Assembly: GCF_036365525.1 (NCBI RefSeq)
Contig: NC_090403.1
Location: 57,971,095-58,035,094 of the forward strand
DNA: 64,000 nucleotides
Reading direction: 5' to 3'
DNA from: Heterodontus francisci
Taxonomy: Eukaryota
Positions within the stretch are counted from its first letter, which is position 1, and each line of letters opens with the position of its first letter. Made by a program: the position numbers and the translations under genes. Below, piece after piece: positions 61,990 through 64,000 of this stretch. Below the pieces are notes generated by a model. It was not told where the DNA came from. It searched no databases and saw only the letters and a list, made by a program, of their open reading frames with translations.

Positions 61990-64000
61990 CAGAGAGAGAG
62001 AGACAGAGAGAGAGTCACAGAGAGGGAGAGAGACTGGGTCACAGAGAGAGAGAGTCACAGAGAGAGAGAGAGACTGGGTCAGAGAGAGAGAGACTGGGTC
62101 ACAGAGAGAGAGAGAGACTGGGTCACAGAGAGAGAGAGTCACAGAGAGAGAGACTGGGTCACAGAGAGAGAGAGTCACAGAGAGAGAGAGAGACTGGGTC
62201 AGAGAGAGAGAGACTGGGTCACAGAGAGAGAGAGTGACTGGGTCACAGAGAGAGAGAGTCACAGAGAGAGAGAGTCACAGAGAGGGAGAGTGACTGGGTC
62301 ACAGAGAGAGAGAGTCACAGAGAGAGAGAGAGACTGGGTCACAGAGAGAGAGACTGGGTCACAGAGAGAGAGAGTCACAGAGAGAGAGAGAGACTGGGTC
62401 ACAGAGAGAGAGAGACTGGGTCACAGAGAGAGAGAGTGACTGGGTCACAGAGAGAGAGAGTGACTGGGTCACAGAGAGAGTGAGTCACAGAGAGAGAGAA
62501 TGGGTCACAGAGAGAGCGAGTCACAGAGAGGGAGAGTGACTGGGTCACAGAGAGAGAGAGTCACAGAGAGAGAGAGAGACTGGGTCACAGAGAGAGAGAC
62601 TGGGTCACAGAGAGAGAGAGTCACAGAGAGGGAGAGAGACTGGGTCACATGGAGAGTGAGAGTGACTGGGTCACACACAGAGAGAGTCACACAGAGAGAA
62701 AGTCACAGAGAGAGAGAGAGACTGGGTCACAGAGAGGGAGAGAGACTGGGTCACAGAGAGAGAGAGACTGGGTCACAGAGAGAGAGAGTGACTGGGTCAC
62801 AGAGAAAGAGAGTCACAGAGAGAGTGACTGGGTCACAGAGAGAGAGAGTCACAGAGAGAGAGAGAGACTGGGTCACAGAGAGAGAGAGTGACTGGGTCAC
62901 AGAGAGAGAGAGTCACAGAGAGAGAGAGTCACAGAGAGGGAGAGAGACTAGGTCACAGAGAGAGAGACTGGGTCACAGAGAGAGAGAGACTGGGTCACAG
63001 AGAGAGAGAGACTGGGTCACAGAGAGAGAGAGAGACTGGGTCACAGAGAGAGAGTGTGACTGGGTCACAGAGAGAGAGAGTCACAGAGAGAGAGACTGGG
63101 TCACAGAGAGAGTGACTGGGTCACAGAGAGAGAGAGTCACAGAGAGAGAGAGTCACAGAGAGGGAGAGAGACTAGGTCACAGAGAGAGAGACTGGGTCAC
63201 AGAGAGAGAGAGTGACTGGGTCACAGAGAGAGAGAGTCACAGAGAGAGAGAGTCACAGAGAGGGAGAGAGACTAGGTCACAGAGAGAGAGACTGGGTCAC
63301 AGAGAGAGAGAGACTGGGTCACAGAGAGAGAGAGAGACTGGGTCACAGAGAGAGAGAGTGACTGGGTCACAGAGAGAGAGAGTCACAGAGAGAGAGACTG
63401 GGTCACAGAGAGAGCGAGTCACAGAGAGGGAGAGTGACTGGGTCACAGAGAGAGAGAGTGACTGGGTCACAGAGAGAGAGAGTCACAGAGAGAGAGACTG
63501 GGTCACAGAGAGAGAGAGTGACTGGGTCACAGAGAGAGAGAGTCACAGAGAGAGAGACCAGGTCACAGAGAGAGCGAGTCACAGAGAGGGAGAGTGACTG
63601 GGTCACAGAGAGAGAGAGAGTCACAGAGAGGGAGACTCACATAGAGAGTCACAGAGAGGGAGAGAGACTGGGTCACAGAGAGAGAGAGTGACTGGGTCAC
63701 AGAGAGAGAGAGTCACAGAGAGAGAGACTGGGTCACAGAGAGAGCGAGTCACAGAGAGGGAGAGTGACTGGGTCACAGAGAGAGAGAGTCACAGAGAGAG
63801 AGACTGGGTCACAGAGAGAGTGACTGGGTCACAGAGAGAGAGAGTCACAGAGAGAGAGACTGGGTCACACAGAGCGAGTCACAGAGAGGGGGAGTGACTG
63901 GGTCACAGAGAGAGAGAGTCACAGAGAGAGAGACTGGGTCACACAGAGCGAGTCACAGAGAGGGAGAGTGACTGGGTCACAGAGAGAGAGAGTCACAGAG
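61990..64000. repeat. (AG)n-rich minisatellite (ACTGGGTCAC(AG)n / GTCAC(AG)n) in TCAP intron 1, running off the window
   Basis: Directly visible. Confidence 0.97.

Noticed and set aside
62500-63897. Arg/Glu-rich ORFs
   Set aside because: Translation of the (AG)n satellite in TCAP intron 1

Overview
Vertebrate genomic DNA, most likely a shark or other elasmobranch, judged from V-SINE/HE1-like SINEs, DeuSINE/SacSINE-like SINEs, and CR1, L2, RTE and Penelope remnants. It is syntenic with the human 17q12 block ERBB2-PGAP3-PNMT-TCAP. I reconstructed by hand a complete 8-exon PGAP3 (+, 13709-30042, 318 aa) and a complete 3-exon PNMT (-, 49756-33004, 267 aa). I also found TCAP exon 1 (+, 61752-61870) and a divergent signal-peptide exon (-, 13365-13311; ERBB2 by synteny only); neither is in the ORF track. 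Most long ORFs in the track are artefacts of minisatellites or retroelement remnants. The most interesting observations are: (1) a full-length Tx1-clade retrotransposon inserted into a 69-bp tandem repeat, a candidate new sequence-specific family; (2) large strand-biased minisatellites starting just after the first splice donor of all four genes, including a ~15-kb array with higher-order structure in PNMT intron 1; (3) a 1.7-kb hairpin array with no upstream AUG between the PNMT TATA box and ATG; (4) minimal hammerhead-ribozyme motifs in Penelope-derived repeats; (5) TCAP inverted relative to the human arrangement. No prokaryotic-type system or CRISPR array is supported. Boundaries of old repeats are approximate.
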